Assembly (NCBI GenBank): GCA_951406725.2
Contig: OX597819.1
Location: forward strand, 57,722,001-57,786,000
DNA: 64,000 bases
Source: Octopus vulgaris
Lineage: Eukaryota
Direction: 5' to 3'
The stretch's first letter is position 1; each line of letters starts with the position of its first letter. Position numbers and translations under genes: made by a program. This document shows, in pieces, positions 40,500 to 54,339 of the stretch. The notes under the pieces were generated by a model that did no database searches, had not been told where the DNA came from, and saw nothing but the letters and a program-made list of their open reading frames with translations.

Positions 40500-42315
40500 T
40501 CCCAATGGCGAGATATTTCGGAGGATTCTCTAACTTCCGGGATATTTCGTCGAAAATTTGCTGGAAAGTTCCGAGGATTTTATAACTTCCGAGAAAGTTG
40601 GTCAAAAACTTCCTGGGAAGTTCCGAGGATATTCTAACTTCCGGCTAATTTCGTCGAAAATTTAATGGGAAGTTCCGAAGATTTTATGACTTCCGGGAAG
40701 TTTCGTCGAAAATTTCATGGGAAGTTCCGAAGATTTTCTAACTTCCGGGAAGTTTCGTCGAAAAATTATGGGAACTTTCGAGGATTTTATAACTCACGGG
40801 AAGTTTCGTCGAAAACTTCCTGGGAAATTCCGAGGAATTTCTAACTTCCGTGAAGTTTCATCGAAAACTTCCTGAGAAGTTCCGGAGATTTTCATTGAAA
40901 CCTACCAGGGAAGTTCCGAGGATTTTCTAACTTCCGGGGAGTTTCGGCGAAAATTTCCTGAGAAATTCCGAAGATTTTCTAACTTCCGGGAAGTTTTGTC
41001 GAAAAAATCATGCGAAGTTCCGAGGATTTTCTAATTACCGGGAAGTTTCCTCGAAAACTTCCTGGGAATTTCTGAGGATTTTCTGACTTCCGCAAAGGTT
41101 CCCCGAAAACTTCCTGGGATGTGCTGAGGATTTTCTAACTTCCACGGAGTTTCGTTGAAACCTTCCTGGGAAGTTCCGAGGATTCTCTAATTTCAGGCGA
41201 GTTTCGGCGAAAATTTCCTGGGAAGCTCCGAAGATTTCCTAACTTCCGGGAAATTTCGACGAAAAAACATGCGAAGTTCCGAGGATTTTCTAATTACCGG
41301 AAGTTTCCTCGAAAACTTCCTGGGAATTTCTGAGGATTTTCTGACTTCCGCAAAGGTTCCCCGAAAACTTCCTGGGATGTGCTGAGGATTTTCTAACTTC
41401 CGCGAAGTTTCGTTGAAACCTTCCTGGGAAGTTCCGAGGATTTTCTAATTTCAGGCGAGTTTCGGCGAAAATTTCCTGGGAAGCTCCGAAGATTTCCTAA
41501 CTTCCGGGAAATTTCGACGAAAAAACATGCGAAGTTCCGAGGATTTTTTAATTACCGGGAAGTTTCCTCGAAAACTTCCTCGGAATTTCTGAGGATTTTC
41601 TGACTTCCGCAAAGGTTCCCCGAAAACTTCCTGGGATGTGCTGAGGATTTTCTAACTTCCGCGAAGTTTCGTTGAAACCTTCCTGGGAAGTTCCGAGGAT
41701 TTTCTAATTTCAGGCGAGTTTCGGCGAAAATTTCCTGGGAAGCTCCGAAGATTTCCTAACTTCCGGGAAATTTCGACGAAAAAACATGCGAAGTTCCGAG
41801 GATTTTCTAACTTCCGAGATATTTCGTCGAGAACTTCCTGGGATATTCCGAGGATTTTCTAACTTCCTGGAAGTTTCTTCGAAAACTTCCTGAGAAATTC
41901 CGAAGATTTTCAAACTTCCGGGAAATTTTGTCGAAAACTTCCTGGGAAGTTCCAATGACTTTCTGACTTCCGGGAAATCTGGTCGAAAAGTTCCTGGAAA
42001 ATTCCGATTACTTTTAATTTCCGGGAAGTTTCGAAGATTTTCTAACTTCCGGGAAGTTTCGTCGAAAACTTCCTGGGAAGTTCCGAAGATTTTCTAACTT
42101 TCGGGAAGTTTCGTTGAAAACTTCCTTTGAAGTTCCGAGTATTTTCTAAGTTCCGTGAAATTTTGTCGAAAACTTCCTGGGAAGTTTCGAGGATTTCCTA
42201 ACTTGTGGGATGTTTCGTCGAAAACTTCCTGGGAAGTTCCGATGATTTTTAACTTCCGGGAAGTCTCATCGTAAACTTCCTGGGGAGTTCCGAGGATTTT
42301 CTAGCTTCCAGGATA
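40500..42315. repeat. Satellite, 52-bp monomer (~35 copies) with a 258-259 bp higher-order repeat
   Basis: Consensus GAGGATTTTCTAACTTCCGGGAAGTTTCGTCGAAAACTTCCTGGGAAGTTCC (GAAGATTTTC at 42033 and 42085). Diagnostic variant GCAAAGGTTCCCCG at 41092, 41350 and 41609. Confidence 0.95.
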
Positions 42316-42788
42316 TTTGGGGGCGTGGATTTCCACATCGGCATCTGAAACTCGGAGTTTTATCATAGCTACCGAAGAATTGTCACATATTACTTATATA
42401 TATTTATATATAACTGCGTACGTATAAAGGTAAAAGATTAAAATATTTTATTACCAGTGGTTCGCATGCGTGATAAAATTCATAAGACAAAATATTTTAT
42501 ATATGAGTGTATAAAGATTTATATACGCAGAGATACTTGACAGGACTTCTCACATGCTAAAGAGGGAAGTTAAATCCAAACCACGAAAAAGGAATACTTA
42601 AGTCATGCTGCTAATAGGCACAAGAGTGAATATATGCATATATTTATGTATATGTATGTGTGTGCGCACGTGTACGTATGCGTGTCTGTATAGTTTTTAA
42701 TTAGAAATTAAATTTAAAATTATGAACATGTAGGACTGAACCCGGAACTAAGTATGTGGTAAGTAGGCATCAGATCACACAACCACGC

Positions 42789-42855
<67 letters not shown>

Positions 42856-43028
42856 AACAAACTCTAAAATCAGAGCAGTAATTATTACATATTATAAAAT
42901 TTTATTGCGGGTATATATATATATATACATATAAATATATGTATAAATTGGAAATATTATCTTTTTGTACACTGCCATGCATGTTCTTGTGATTGTCTCT
43001 AAATACTGTTTCCAGAACGATGAGAATC

Positions 43029-43253
43029 CTTTCTACTATAGGCACAAGGCCTGAAATTTGTAGGGAGAAGAATAGTCGATTACCTCACCTCACTCCCCAC
43101 CCCCGGTGTTGAATTCGTACTTATTTTATCAACCCCGAAGGAAAGAAAGGCAAGGAGTCCTCGCCGGAATTTGAACTCAGAACGTAAGGACTAACGAAAT
43201 GTCGATACACATTATGCCCGGCATGCTTAACGATGTGGCCAACTCTTCGCCTT
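43029..43253 (-). mobile_element. SINE family B
   Basis: Colinear with 29278-29490. Confidence 0.85.
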
Positions 43254-44229
43254 TGTTTCATAGACGGTTAACTGAACATCTAGGTACTCTCTGCAATATC
43301 GAATATATGTAAATCCGACTGTAGTGTTTTTTTTTCTTCTATGGACTGTTTATTCAATTAATACGTAAATACTGCCCATGCCATTATTGCCTGAGCAAAA
43401 TATTATGGACTGTTTATTCAGTTAATATACATAGACTCGTCTTGCAATAATTTCATGAACAAAATGTATGCCGTATTATTGACATCCTTATGCTGTGTTA
43501 TTGAAGTTAATATTGTATTATTGATATACGTATTATATTCGATTGTATCCCATTGTATCCCTCCCATGCATCCGCATATATTATTAACCCAGACAATGAA
43601 CATAACGGAGTCTATTCGTGCGGAAGTGTGTCTATGTGTCCGACCTAGCTCTGGTTGTTAGTACGGGAGTGTGTGCATGTTCGTATTTATGTCTCTGCCT
43701 TAGAGAATATGTGCGGGTGTGTATATATGGGAATGTAAATGTATGTATGTATGTATGTATGCGTGTGTGTGAGGGCGTGTATACATAGATATACATGTAT
43801 GTGGACACTAGTATCGAGACATACATACGCAGACAAGGCTTAGGCTCCAGTTACTGACAGGCCAGCTCATACATCAACAACGAACGGCCGACGAAACAGG
43901 CTGGCTCCGTCGTTTGTAGCTACTGTAATCTGACTGCACAGAGGGCCATCTGCAAAATGTAGATGTCAACACACCAAATACTACTCAATAACCAGAGTGT
44001 GTCGCTGGTCTTTGTCTCCTTGTCTCTTACGAGATTGAATTATCTTTGGTTGTGTTTAATGACATATCCTTATCTGTGACCAAGGGGATACATGTCTGTC
44101 CGTCACAACACTATGGGTATGTGCATGCATATCTCTATGTGCATGTTTACGAGAACAAGTGTATATTTATCAAAATAATATTTTTCTTATTCTTTTATTA
44201 TTTGTATTATATTTACTATTAACTATATA

Positions 44230-44662
44230 AGATCTTTTCGGTTTGAACGGCAGTTTTTTCTAGCGGTGTCATATGAAATTGTCACCCATAATTATGACCC
44301 TAGTATCGATCTATTGCATTTTAATCTGTTTTAGGGTTAAGGTTAGTTAGTGTTAGGTTTAGGGGTGGGAGAAGGGTATCTTTTTTTCTTCAGAAATGTA
44401 AATAAACCCAATCTGTTTCTTAAACGAGGGAATATTCATACGGCACAGAATGTTTTCACCCCCAATAGCCGTCTTTGATTGGTTGAATTTGCAGAAATTG
44501 AGGAAAAAAACAACAAATATCTTACAAACTATAGAATATTTTCTCAATAAAACCAAGAGAAAAAGATGTTTTATAAACACATTCTACCAGTATACGAAGT
44601 TTAAAAGTGTTTAGTTACCTAGAAATTATTTTTATAAACTGCCGTTCAAACCGAAAAGATCC
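44230..44662. mobile_element. MITE with ~27-bp TIRs and 8-bp TSD (Merlin-like)
   Basis: TIR (A/G)GATCTTTTCGGTTTGAACGGCAGTTT at both ends. TSD ACTATATA at 44222-44229 and 44663-44670. A GG terminus with an 8-bp TSD fits Merlin. Confidence 0.9.
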
Positions 44663-45905
44663 ACTATATATAGACGCATTAAGGGTATATAAAAAAAATA
44701 AAATGTATCTATTCCATGTCATTCCAACCCACGGAACCTGAAGGCAACCAACTACAAGCAAATAATGACATGCATTATAACAGAACAAAGCGAATCCGAG
44801 TTTAGTGAGTGAGGTACCTTTTGAAAATTCCCCTGATGAAAAACATCTGAACCGAAAGATGCAACATAACCAGCTGTATAGTATCTTAGCCGCGAGGGAC
44901 CGATGCAAAATAGGTCGAAACAGTCATTGTGATGAATAAAGAGTCTTGTGAGTTCCATTCTCTTTCTCTCAGCAAATCGGAAAAATCGTGAAAAATATCA
45001 GGAGACAAGGGTTTCATGACAAAAATATGCGAATAAGCAACGAGTAATTTAAATAATTATAAAATAGTTTGAATTTAGATTTACAGAAAGTTGAAAAGCT
45101 TGTTTTATATTTTTTCTTCCCATAGTTCAAATTTATTATTGAATAAGCAAAGAGGTATATAGTGGGTCCTATCTGGTAAACAGAGATGGTAAAGGAAGTT
45201 GTGTAATATATCAAGCAGAATAAGATTTGTTTGAAGTAACATCATGATGTATACACGACTGCATGGAAACACGCAGAGAAAAGCAAGTGTACAAATAAAA
45301 GGAAAATGATGTGCAACATAAAACGTCAAACCCTATAGAAATTCGACAGTAACGAAAGAAAATCTATTTTTATATTGTTACTTAGAGGAATTAATTCCAC
45401 CTTTTGATAAATTTTAAGCAAGTAAATTTTCGATAACTCGCATTCGACCAATCCTAATATCACATTTCGATTTTTTATTTTTCATTGGATCTCCATATTC
45501 TTTATAACTCATGCAAATATTGTCACGGAACGACAAAAAATGGAAATTAAATATTCCTCATAAGATATTCAGTAGATAGATTGTTTTTTTAATGTATCTT
45601 TGCTCTTAAATGTTTGAGGATCACGAAATTACACAAGCAGCCACACACTGCGCTTATACATACACAGCGCACACGCAGGTACAGACAAACGCAGAGTGAT
45701 TTATGTATACCACTGGGTGTATCATTATTAAACTTAGCGAAGTGTATTTCACAAAAACGGCTTAACAACAAATGTCTATATGAATTTTGAATTATCCACA
45801 GCGACGACAAAAGCCTAAACAGTAAAAGAAACATATTGGAAAAAATATTTTCTACAATAGGTTCAATGTCTGATAATATCTAACTACAACAACCCCAATA
45901 TCGAT

Positions 45906-46323
45906 TGGCTGTGTGGTAAGTAGCTTGCTTACCAACCACATGGTTCCGGGTTCAGTCCCACTACGTGGCACCTTGGGCAGGTGTCTTCTACTATAGCCTC
46001 GGGCCGAACAAAGCCTTGTAAGTGGATGTGGTTGACGGAAACTGAAAGAAGCCCGTCGTATATATGTGTGTGTGTCTGTGTGTGTGTGTGTGTCTGTATA
46101 TGTTTGTGTGTCTGTGTTGTTCCCCCCCACCAACATCGCTTGACAACTGGTGCTGGTGTATTTACGTCTCCGTAAATTAGCGGTTCGACAAGAGAGACCG
46201 ATAGAATAAGTACTAGACTTACAAAGAATAAGTCCTGGGGTCGATTTGCTCGACTAAATGCGGTGCTCCCGCATGGCCGCAGTCAAGTGACTAAAACAAA
46301 GAAAAGAATAAAAGAAAAAAGAA
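45906..46323 (+). mobile_element. tRNA-derived SINE family A
   Basis: Colinear with 11727-12148; AAAAG-type tail. Confidence 0.92.
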
Positions 46324-47325
46324 CTAGGCCAACTGGCATTTATTTTCACGCGAACGAAAGAAAAACTTGACTTCGACAGAAGTTGAACTCAAAACGTAAA
46401 GCCAGAAGAAACACGACAAACCAGTCTCTTCGTTGTGCTAATTATTTTGATAATCAACCTTTTCAAAAGCCTGTAAAATAAACAACCTATAAAAGGCAAG
46501 GCATAATAGAACATCAATAATTTTTTATTCCCATATCTAAAGTGTAGGTAGCGAAAATATGTCAAGCTGAGACCTTTATTTGATCTACCGGTGACTCAGT
46601 ATCGTATTTCTCCAGTCTAAATTCTCAACTTCTCATTTACATTCAAAATATCACTAGATGTTGTCTAACATTTTTTGTTGGAATCCACAGCTTTGCAATA
46701 CTTTTATTTCTTTTACTTATTTCTCCATCTTTGTTTTGCCACCTTTTTATATTTATTTCGATATGTATACCCCATTATACAACAATTTAAGAAAGTATTT
46801 ATTTTTACCGTTCACGAATTAGTTCTTTTTATTTTTTACTTTCAAAAACTATTTGAAAGAAAAGTTAGTTAATCGAATGATATAAATGACCATTTTTGCT
46901 TCTTGGAGAATGACCCCAATATCAGAAAAGTGACTAACGCTCTATGTTCCATGGATTTCTTCCGAAAGGCAAGGATTAGGTCATTAACGAAATTACTAGT
47001 CAGAGGAAACTTATCCCAAACGAACAAAAACTGAGCAATGCTGCCAAAGTAATAGGGGTCGAAAAACTCATATTAATGCTTACTGCTTAACATCGAATTT
47101 CTGATTGGTTGATACAATCGTTCATCCAACAGTGTCTCTATTACAATATTCGTTTCATACTTACCTCAGTGTCATTATGAACACGGACCAGCGAATTTAA
47201 CATTGCAGATGAGTAAACGGGAACAGAAACGCGCCAATAATGCATATCAAAAATAGGTGTAGGTCAAAGTTGCATAAATTAAGAAATAAAGATCATTATC
47301 TATGCATTTATATATGCAGGAGTAG

Positions 47326-47468
47326 CTGTGTGATAAGTAGCTTGGTTGAAGGCGGCGAGCTGGCAGAAACGTAAGCACGCCGGGCGAAATGCGTAGCCGT
47401 ATTTCGTCTGTCGTTACGTTGTGAGTTCAAATTCTGCCGAGGTCTACTTTGCCTTTCATCCTTTCGGA
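47326..47468 (+). mobile_element. Family A SINE head (47326-47347) followed by a 3'-truncated family B SINE (47349-47468)
   Basis: GCAGGAGTAGCTGTGTGATAAGTAGCTTG then AAGGCGGCGAGCTGGCAGAA... Confidence 0.85.
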
Positions 47469-48546
47469 TGTGTGCATGCGTGTATGTGTGTATGTGTGTG
47501 TATGTACGTATGTATGTATCTATGTATGTATGTATGTGTGTATGCATGTGTGTGTATGTATGTATGTGTGTATGTGTTTATGTGTGTGTGTGTATGTGTG
47601 TGTATGTGTGTATGTAAGTATGTGTGTATGTATGTGTGTATGTATGTATGTATGTGTGTATGTGTGTGCGTATGTGTATGTGTGTATGTATGTATGTATG
47701 TATGTATGTATAAATGTATGTATGTATGTGTATGTACGAATGTATGTGTGTGTGTGAATGTATGCGTGTGTTTGTGGGTTTTTTCTGGAGTTGTGTGGGC
47801 GTAATGTACATGCGCGTGCTTGTGTGCGTATGTGCGCTTACGTGCGTGTATGTGTGTATGTGTCTCTGCTAGGTGTTTACAAGAGTGTGCGTATCTGTAT
47901 GAGTATTGTTTGCTGGTGAGTGTGCACGGGCATGTGTGTGTGTGCGCGTGGGGGTGTGGGGGTGGGTGTATAGGTGTGGAAGTAAGTGTGCGTACATGTG
48001 CATGTAGGTTGTATGAGTGTGGTGTGTTGGAAGTAGGTGTGTTCGTGGATACGTGAGTATGTGTGTGTGTGTGTAACTGTATAAGGACAAAATATTTTTT
48101 TTAAAAAGTTGCTAGTAGGGTGAGGTGGAGCGCAGTCAGTAAGAGGAGGGGCTGTGTTGAGCCCGTGTGGGGTATTGGTCTGTAGAGTGAAAATGAAATG
48201 TTGCTCCAAGTGAAGCCTGGATTGTGGAGGACCGTTGTGTGGGGGCGAGACCAAACACAGAGATGTCATCGGGGAAATGGCTATATATATACGTACATAT
48301 ATATATATATATACATATGTCTGTATATATATACATACATATATCTGTATATGTACATACATATATCTGTATATATACATAAATATATGTGTATATGCGC
48401 ATACATATATCTGTATATATACATACATATATCTGTATATATACATATATATATCTGTATATATACATACATACATATATCTGTATATATACATACATAT
48501 ATCTGTATGTATATACATGCATATATCTGTATATATATATACATAC

Positions 48547-48595
<49 letters not shown>

Positions 48596-48688
48596 TTATA
48601 CATTTGTATATACCTACATATATAAAAATATATATATATATATATATTTGTATATACCTACATATATAAAAATATATATATATATATT

Positions 48689-48759
<71 letters not shown>

Positions 48760-48793
48760 ATACATACATATATATATATATATATATATTTGT

Positions 48794-48830
<37 letters not shown>
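47469..48830. repeat. Compound (TG)/(TATG)/(TA) microsatellite field with a short unique spacer (~48075-48280)
   Basis: Directly visible. Confidence 0.9.
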
Positions 48831-48832
<2 letters not shown>

Positions 48833-48998
48833 ACAGAGGAAGATAGAGAGACCCAGGAGGAGAAAGAAACGTTTGCTTGATAAGTTAACAGCTACGAGGA
48901 AATACGAAACAAAAGAGACGGCAGCAGCAGCTGCAGCAATAGAGCCACCATCACCAGCAGAACCAGAAGCAACAGAAACGGCAGCAGCAGCAACAGCT

Positions 48999-49061
<63 letters not shown>
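48999..49061. repeat. (GTA)n microsatellite preceded by (GCA)n
   Basis: Directly visible. Confidence 0.97.
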
Positions 49062-49764
49062 TAGTTCATCATTGAATGAGATGAAGTAGATAACAATTTG
49101 ATGATGCAATCACTGCGTGCTTATGTTCCTGGCTGGATTACACCAAGTGTAAAATGACCAGAGTTCATTCCAGCAATTATTTTAAGCACGTTTGTTGTGC
49201 TTAATTTCTATACAAGTGAAACTAATTAGTTACTCAGCTCAGTCAGAGTAGATTAGTTATCTGAAACCTCAAGTAGAAGGAATTCAACTTAATAATTGAT
49301 ATGCCTATGGTGCCAAATCAAGGTTACCGCTATGAATGTCTTTCAATTAATAAATCGTGGTTGAACAATCATAAAACTAACACTCTGGAGCAGTCATTTG
49401 GGTGTAATTAACCAGCGAACACCATCCACTAAATAGCTTTTGGTATCCCATGTGTGAACTAGAGTTCATATTGCCTTTGAGGTCAATATTGATTTCTAAT
49501 GTTAACACACAGTCCTATATTCTTGAATACAGGCTGTAAATACAAACCAGCAATGATTGACACTGTCTGTGAAATCCGTTTCACCATATCCACGCAAAAA
49601 TGCATTGTAAGTAATATCTCTTGAGATGATGAATCTTTGGACAGTTGAAGGATTAACACGGTTTCGATTACTGGTTGATATAAATTCATTAACTTCATGA
49701 TATTAATTTCCTTGAGAAAAGCTGTTTCACAACTACACTCTTAGGATGAAACACATTTCTGTGT

Positions 49765-50051
49765 GTGGAGCTACATGGACTAGTGGTTAGAGCAGCGGAC
49801 TGGCGGTCTAGGACTGGCGATCTGTGTGTTTATGAGCGAGACACCTAAGCACCACACGGCTCCAGTAGAAGGTAATGGCGAACTTTTGCTGAGGCTTTCG
49901 CCACAACTTTCTCTCACTTTTTCCTCCTGCATCTCGCAGCTCACCTGCAACGGACTTGCATCCCGTCCAGGTGGGGGAACCTATACGCCAATAAACCCGA
50001 GAAACCAGCCCTTATGAGCCAGGCATGGCTCGAGAAAGAACAAACAACAAC
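49765..50051 (+). mobile_element. SINE family C with 14-bp TSD
   Basis: TSD ACACATTTCTGTGT at 49751-49764 and 50052-50065; (CAA)n tail. Confidence 0.92.
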
Positions 50052-51088
50052 ACACATTTCTGTGTAGAAAAGATAAATTAAAAAGTATAATAGCAGTTCA
50101 AAAATTTGTAAGCTATTAACATTTCACGAATGCAAGGCAGGTTCGAATCTCGGTGCAGGATTATTTCATTAATATCGCTTAATTATTTCGTGAAAGCATA
50201 AAATTTGTAGCAAGCATTTTTCATGACCCCTATCTATATAAATATATCTATTATTAGCTTGTAAAATTCGCTTATTTTCCCTCGGTAGAATCGTAAAATA
50301 CTTATCTTGGATATCGTTACATGGATATCGTATAATACTTATCTTGTTCCAATAATTTCCAATATTAAATCTAACCTATGTTAACATTGAATTTCATCCC
50401 ACCATGCGGCGATTACATTTATACTAATAAAATAATAAATTAGCTTTAACACTACACCACAAAAGTAACCGAAATATGGAAAAAAATCAGCATGTATTCA
50501 GCTTCAGATTTTTTGTTTCGTTTATGTAAGACATTCTAATCTGAAATCTATAATATATTCCAACTTTGTGTTGATGAATAAAATACCACAGATACTACAT
50601 TACAAGTGAGAATTATTTTTAAAATTCGACGTTGTAATTATCATATGAATGCAAACAACATTTAAGCAACTTACCGTAATAAAATATTTTCGGAAAATTG
50701 TTCGTAGCAAGCTTTACCTTATGCGCATATAATGCATATATCGGCAGGAAGTTCCAGCATGGAATCATTTTAAAACGAATACCTTATAGTTACTGAAATA
50801 TATTACTGCGTGACAGTGAGTCTAATGTAAATAAACAGTAACGCTTACCTCGGTTTCATTCAGGTTTTATGGCAACAACAACTAATTCACCGGATACGTT
50901 TGCATGTGGCTGTAAAATTTTTAATATATAAAGTAGCGTACTCTTTTCTTTGTAGACTGCAGTATAATAGATTCTCATAAACAGGTGATGTGTCAAATAT
51001 TTTGCTACAATATCCGCCGCATATTCTGGTGCATAAAACCTCATTCAAAGTCGGCTCAGAATAATGGAAGAATATAAGTGGTAGAATA

Positions 51089-51289
51089 TTCTTTTATTCT
51101 GTTACTTATTTCAGTTATTTGACTGCGGCCATGCTGTAGCACCGCCATGAAAGGTTTTAGTCGAACAAGTCGACTCCGAAACTTACTTTTTTAAGCTTAG
51201 TCCTTAGACTGTCGGTTGTGAAGCGGTGATGGAGGGGACAAACACAGATACACACACACACACACACATATATATATAAGAAGTCCATC

Positions 51290-51330
<41 letters not shown>

Positions 51331-51499
51331 CATATACGATGGGCTTCTTCAGTTTTTATCTACCAAATCCATCCTCAAGGCTGTGGTCGGCCTGAGGCTA
51401 TAGTAGAAAACATTTGCTCAAGGTGCCATGAAGTGAGACTGAATCCGGGACCATGTGGTTGGGAATCAAGCCTCTTACCACCCAGCCACGCATTCGCCT
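51089..51499 (-). mobile_element. SINE family A
   Basis: Reverse complement of the 11727/45906 layout. Confidence 0.85.
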
Positions 51500-52106
51500 A
51501 AAATATCACATGACAACAGAGATTGAAAAATAGACCCTTAACTTAGCTGATTTCAGTTCTGGCTAGTTCCACGATTTCCTTCCTTCTCACCTCTATTCCT
51601 CCTAACACTTCCCTCCACTTAGATTTTTTGCTTGCAGCTATTCACGTGTATCAGTTAAAAGTACATCAATAGTTTCAAACGTTACCTGTTTCAGAATATC
51701 TACAAGCGGCGCATGAGTCCTGCTTGTTCCTCCAGATTCAGCAAATAAGATACTTATAAACACACGCGTGTGTGTATATATATATACATTGTGTGACTAT
51801 ACATATCTATATTCCTACTCACGTGTGTGTGTATGTTTATATCATAAAAATTTATAAACCTTCGGGGAATCATGAAATAGTTTTTTTCTGTTTTTCTTTG
51901 AAATGTCTCTCGAAACACAGTGGCATTGAACCCCGAACCATGTGGTTGGCAAGCAATGCATACACTTATAGATTTGCATACATATGCATTTATGTGTATG
52001 TGTGTGTGCGCATCGTCCGCACATACATGCATAGTGAGAGAGAGGAGAAGAGAAATAAATAGACAGACAGACAAACAGACTAACTGACAGACAGACATAC
52101 AGTTAA

Positions 52107-52107
<1 letters not shown>

Positions 52108-52191
<84 letters not shown>
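52108..52191. repeat. (GATA)n microsatellite
   Basis: Directly visible. Confidence 0.97.
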
Positions 52192-53186
52192 CATGCAGGC
52201 TGATATTTGCTTGAGAGTAAAGTGTTATTTTGCTAATTAGAAACAGATATTGAATGTTTATGGATCTGTATGCAGTGTGTGTTAATGGGCATTAGTTATA
52301 TATTTGCTAAGTACTCTACTGAAAATGATTTCTATAATCGAGTTTTAATGTTCTACTTTTTGATAAATTCATCTCAAATGTGATATGTGACTGCCTCATC
52401 CATCTATGTTCTTAATTTGATATAAATGGAAGGGAAGTTATGAATATTGAAAATTATTATAAGTATGCCTTAATGTGTAGCAATAATTGTAAAATCTCTA
52501 TCGTTGATTTATTGCTTCGATATGGGAACGAATTACGAAATTGCTCATTAGTTTTAATTCATAAATAAGGCAAGAATGTACGTGAATTGAATACGTGGGG
52601 TATAAAGGCGTATTATATGTGACAGTAACAGCTTAGAATTGATTGTTTCTGTCTCCTGAAATATATTAACTGTTGTTATTATGAATGTTCCTCGAATAAA
52701 AGCACTAAGCTTTAGGAGAATATAAAATGAGAATTCGAATGTAAGAAATGTGTTATTTCTAAGAGTAATACCCAAATTAAAGGCATATGATATTTTACAA
52801 CGGACTGAGAATAGCTGGGATTTAGCTCGTAGGCAACGCGGAGTGTACGACGTTACTCAATTTTCTTTCTCTATTATTTACTCCCGGTATCTTATATTAT
52901 AGGAGAAAAGCTATCAGGGATATCAGCCAGTTTGCACCCCCTTCTCTAATAACACCCGGGGCGTTTGTGAACGTAACTTCCATTAATCTTAGCCTTGCAT
53001 TAACTAATATCGATTTGACACATTAAGCATTTGGTAACACAAATTGATTTGTACATTACTCGATACATATTCATAAATATGCATGTGCGTATGTATATGT
53101 GTATATATATATATGTATGTTTATGTACATCTATATTTATATGTATACAATATGGTTACATATATTTATACATACATGCAAGTGTG

Positions 53187-53486
<300 letters not shown>

Positions 53487-53569
53487 TACAGACACATGTA
53501 TATATGTATCCACATACAATCTACGTTAGGGGCAACGTATGCACGTTAGGAGTAACGTATAGCAGAAAG

Positions 53570-54240
53570 AATATTCCGTATGGGGAAATTGCAGCCGCAG
53601 CAATTGCTTCTGGAATTTACAGAAATTGTGGTTACGTGTTTCGTCAGAAAATCAGCGTAGTGTTCTCGGTGTGTTGCTAGTCTTCGTCCGGAATAAATCT
53701 ACTGGGAACTTCTATACGCTTGCAGTAACGACCAGCAGAGTGCCTAACCAACAGCGCACCCTTTCGCCAACCCAACGAATGCTAGGAAATTCTACTTGCT
53801 ATCGGCATGCCATCTTAATTTGGGGAGCAAGAGAGTTACAGCAAAGGATCTCATGGGCGGACTGTCTTAAGTAGCTGCACGACATCAACCTTTGACATGT
53901 ATTAAGAGAAGAACAGACGGTGTGCTGATCTGAAGGAATATGCAAGCGAACAGTCGAGCGAAATAAGCTAGTAAGGGTGCTGGCAATACGGCCACATGCA
54001 CCCTAGCTATAAAGGGAACAAAGAGCGGAGCGCAAAGTCTCAGATGCCATAGGTTTGGGAAGCTGATTCTATCAAAATTCTATGAAAGTCATCATTCTTT
54101 TCTTCTGCTAGTGGGTGCTGTCACAACCCCCACTCAAGGTAGAAAGCTATTGTTTTGTCAATGCTGAGCTAAAGCTAGTATCGTTTGCCAAGCCATCTTC
54201 ACTAATATGCTGACAACAGTAGAAGCCTGGAACATCGTTA
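53570..54240 (-). mobile_element. Decayed CRE-like non-LTR 3' fragment (tentative)
   Basis: GC-richer block. Minus-strand ISVNSRSN../AAAI resembles the CRE C-terminal ISVA.QRGNAA.I motif. Confidence 0.35.
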
Positions 54241-54339
54241 TGTTCAGCTGGATACTGTGCTAGTTTCGGAAGCCTCCAAACAGGTTAATTTATAAATCAA
54301 TTTCAATACTCTATGATGTCTGAGCTGCAAAAGGTTGAC

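Larger units (their letters stand above)
40315..42395. mobile_element. Element in (TA)n with inverted arms (40388-40464 / 42318-42395) enclosing a satellite array
   Basis: Left AAGTAATATGTAACAATTAATCAGGAGCCATGATAAAACTCTGAGTTTCAGATGCCGAGGCGGAGATCCACGCCCC versus reverse complement of right AAGTAATATGTGACAATTCTTCGGTAGCTATGATAAAACTCCGAGTTTCAGATGCCGATGTGGAAATCCACGCCCC. TA tracts lie on both outer sides. Confidence 0.8.

Noticed and set aside
40500-42315. CRISPR-like array (palindromic repeats)
   Set aside because: Monomers are contiguous with no unique spacers, there are no cas genes, and the context is eukaryotic.
43876-43918. Imperfect hairpin as a possible pre-miRNA
   Set aside because: It is only ~40 nt with several bulges, too short and weak without expression data.
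44833-44930. Hammerhead candidate CTGATGA ... GACC-loop-GGTC-GAAACAGTC
   Set aside because: The CTGATGA is about 60 nt from the GACC/GGTC stem and no stem I forms. At most it is a dead remnant.
49440-49700. Possible hAT/Charlie transposase trace (LQLSKDSS)
   Set aside because: The similarity is limited to a few residues and no TIRs or TSD were seen.
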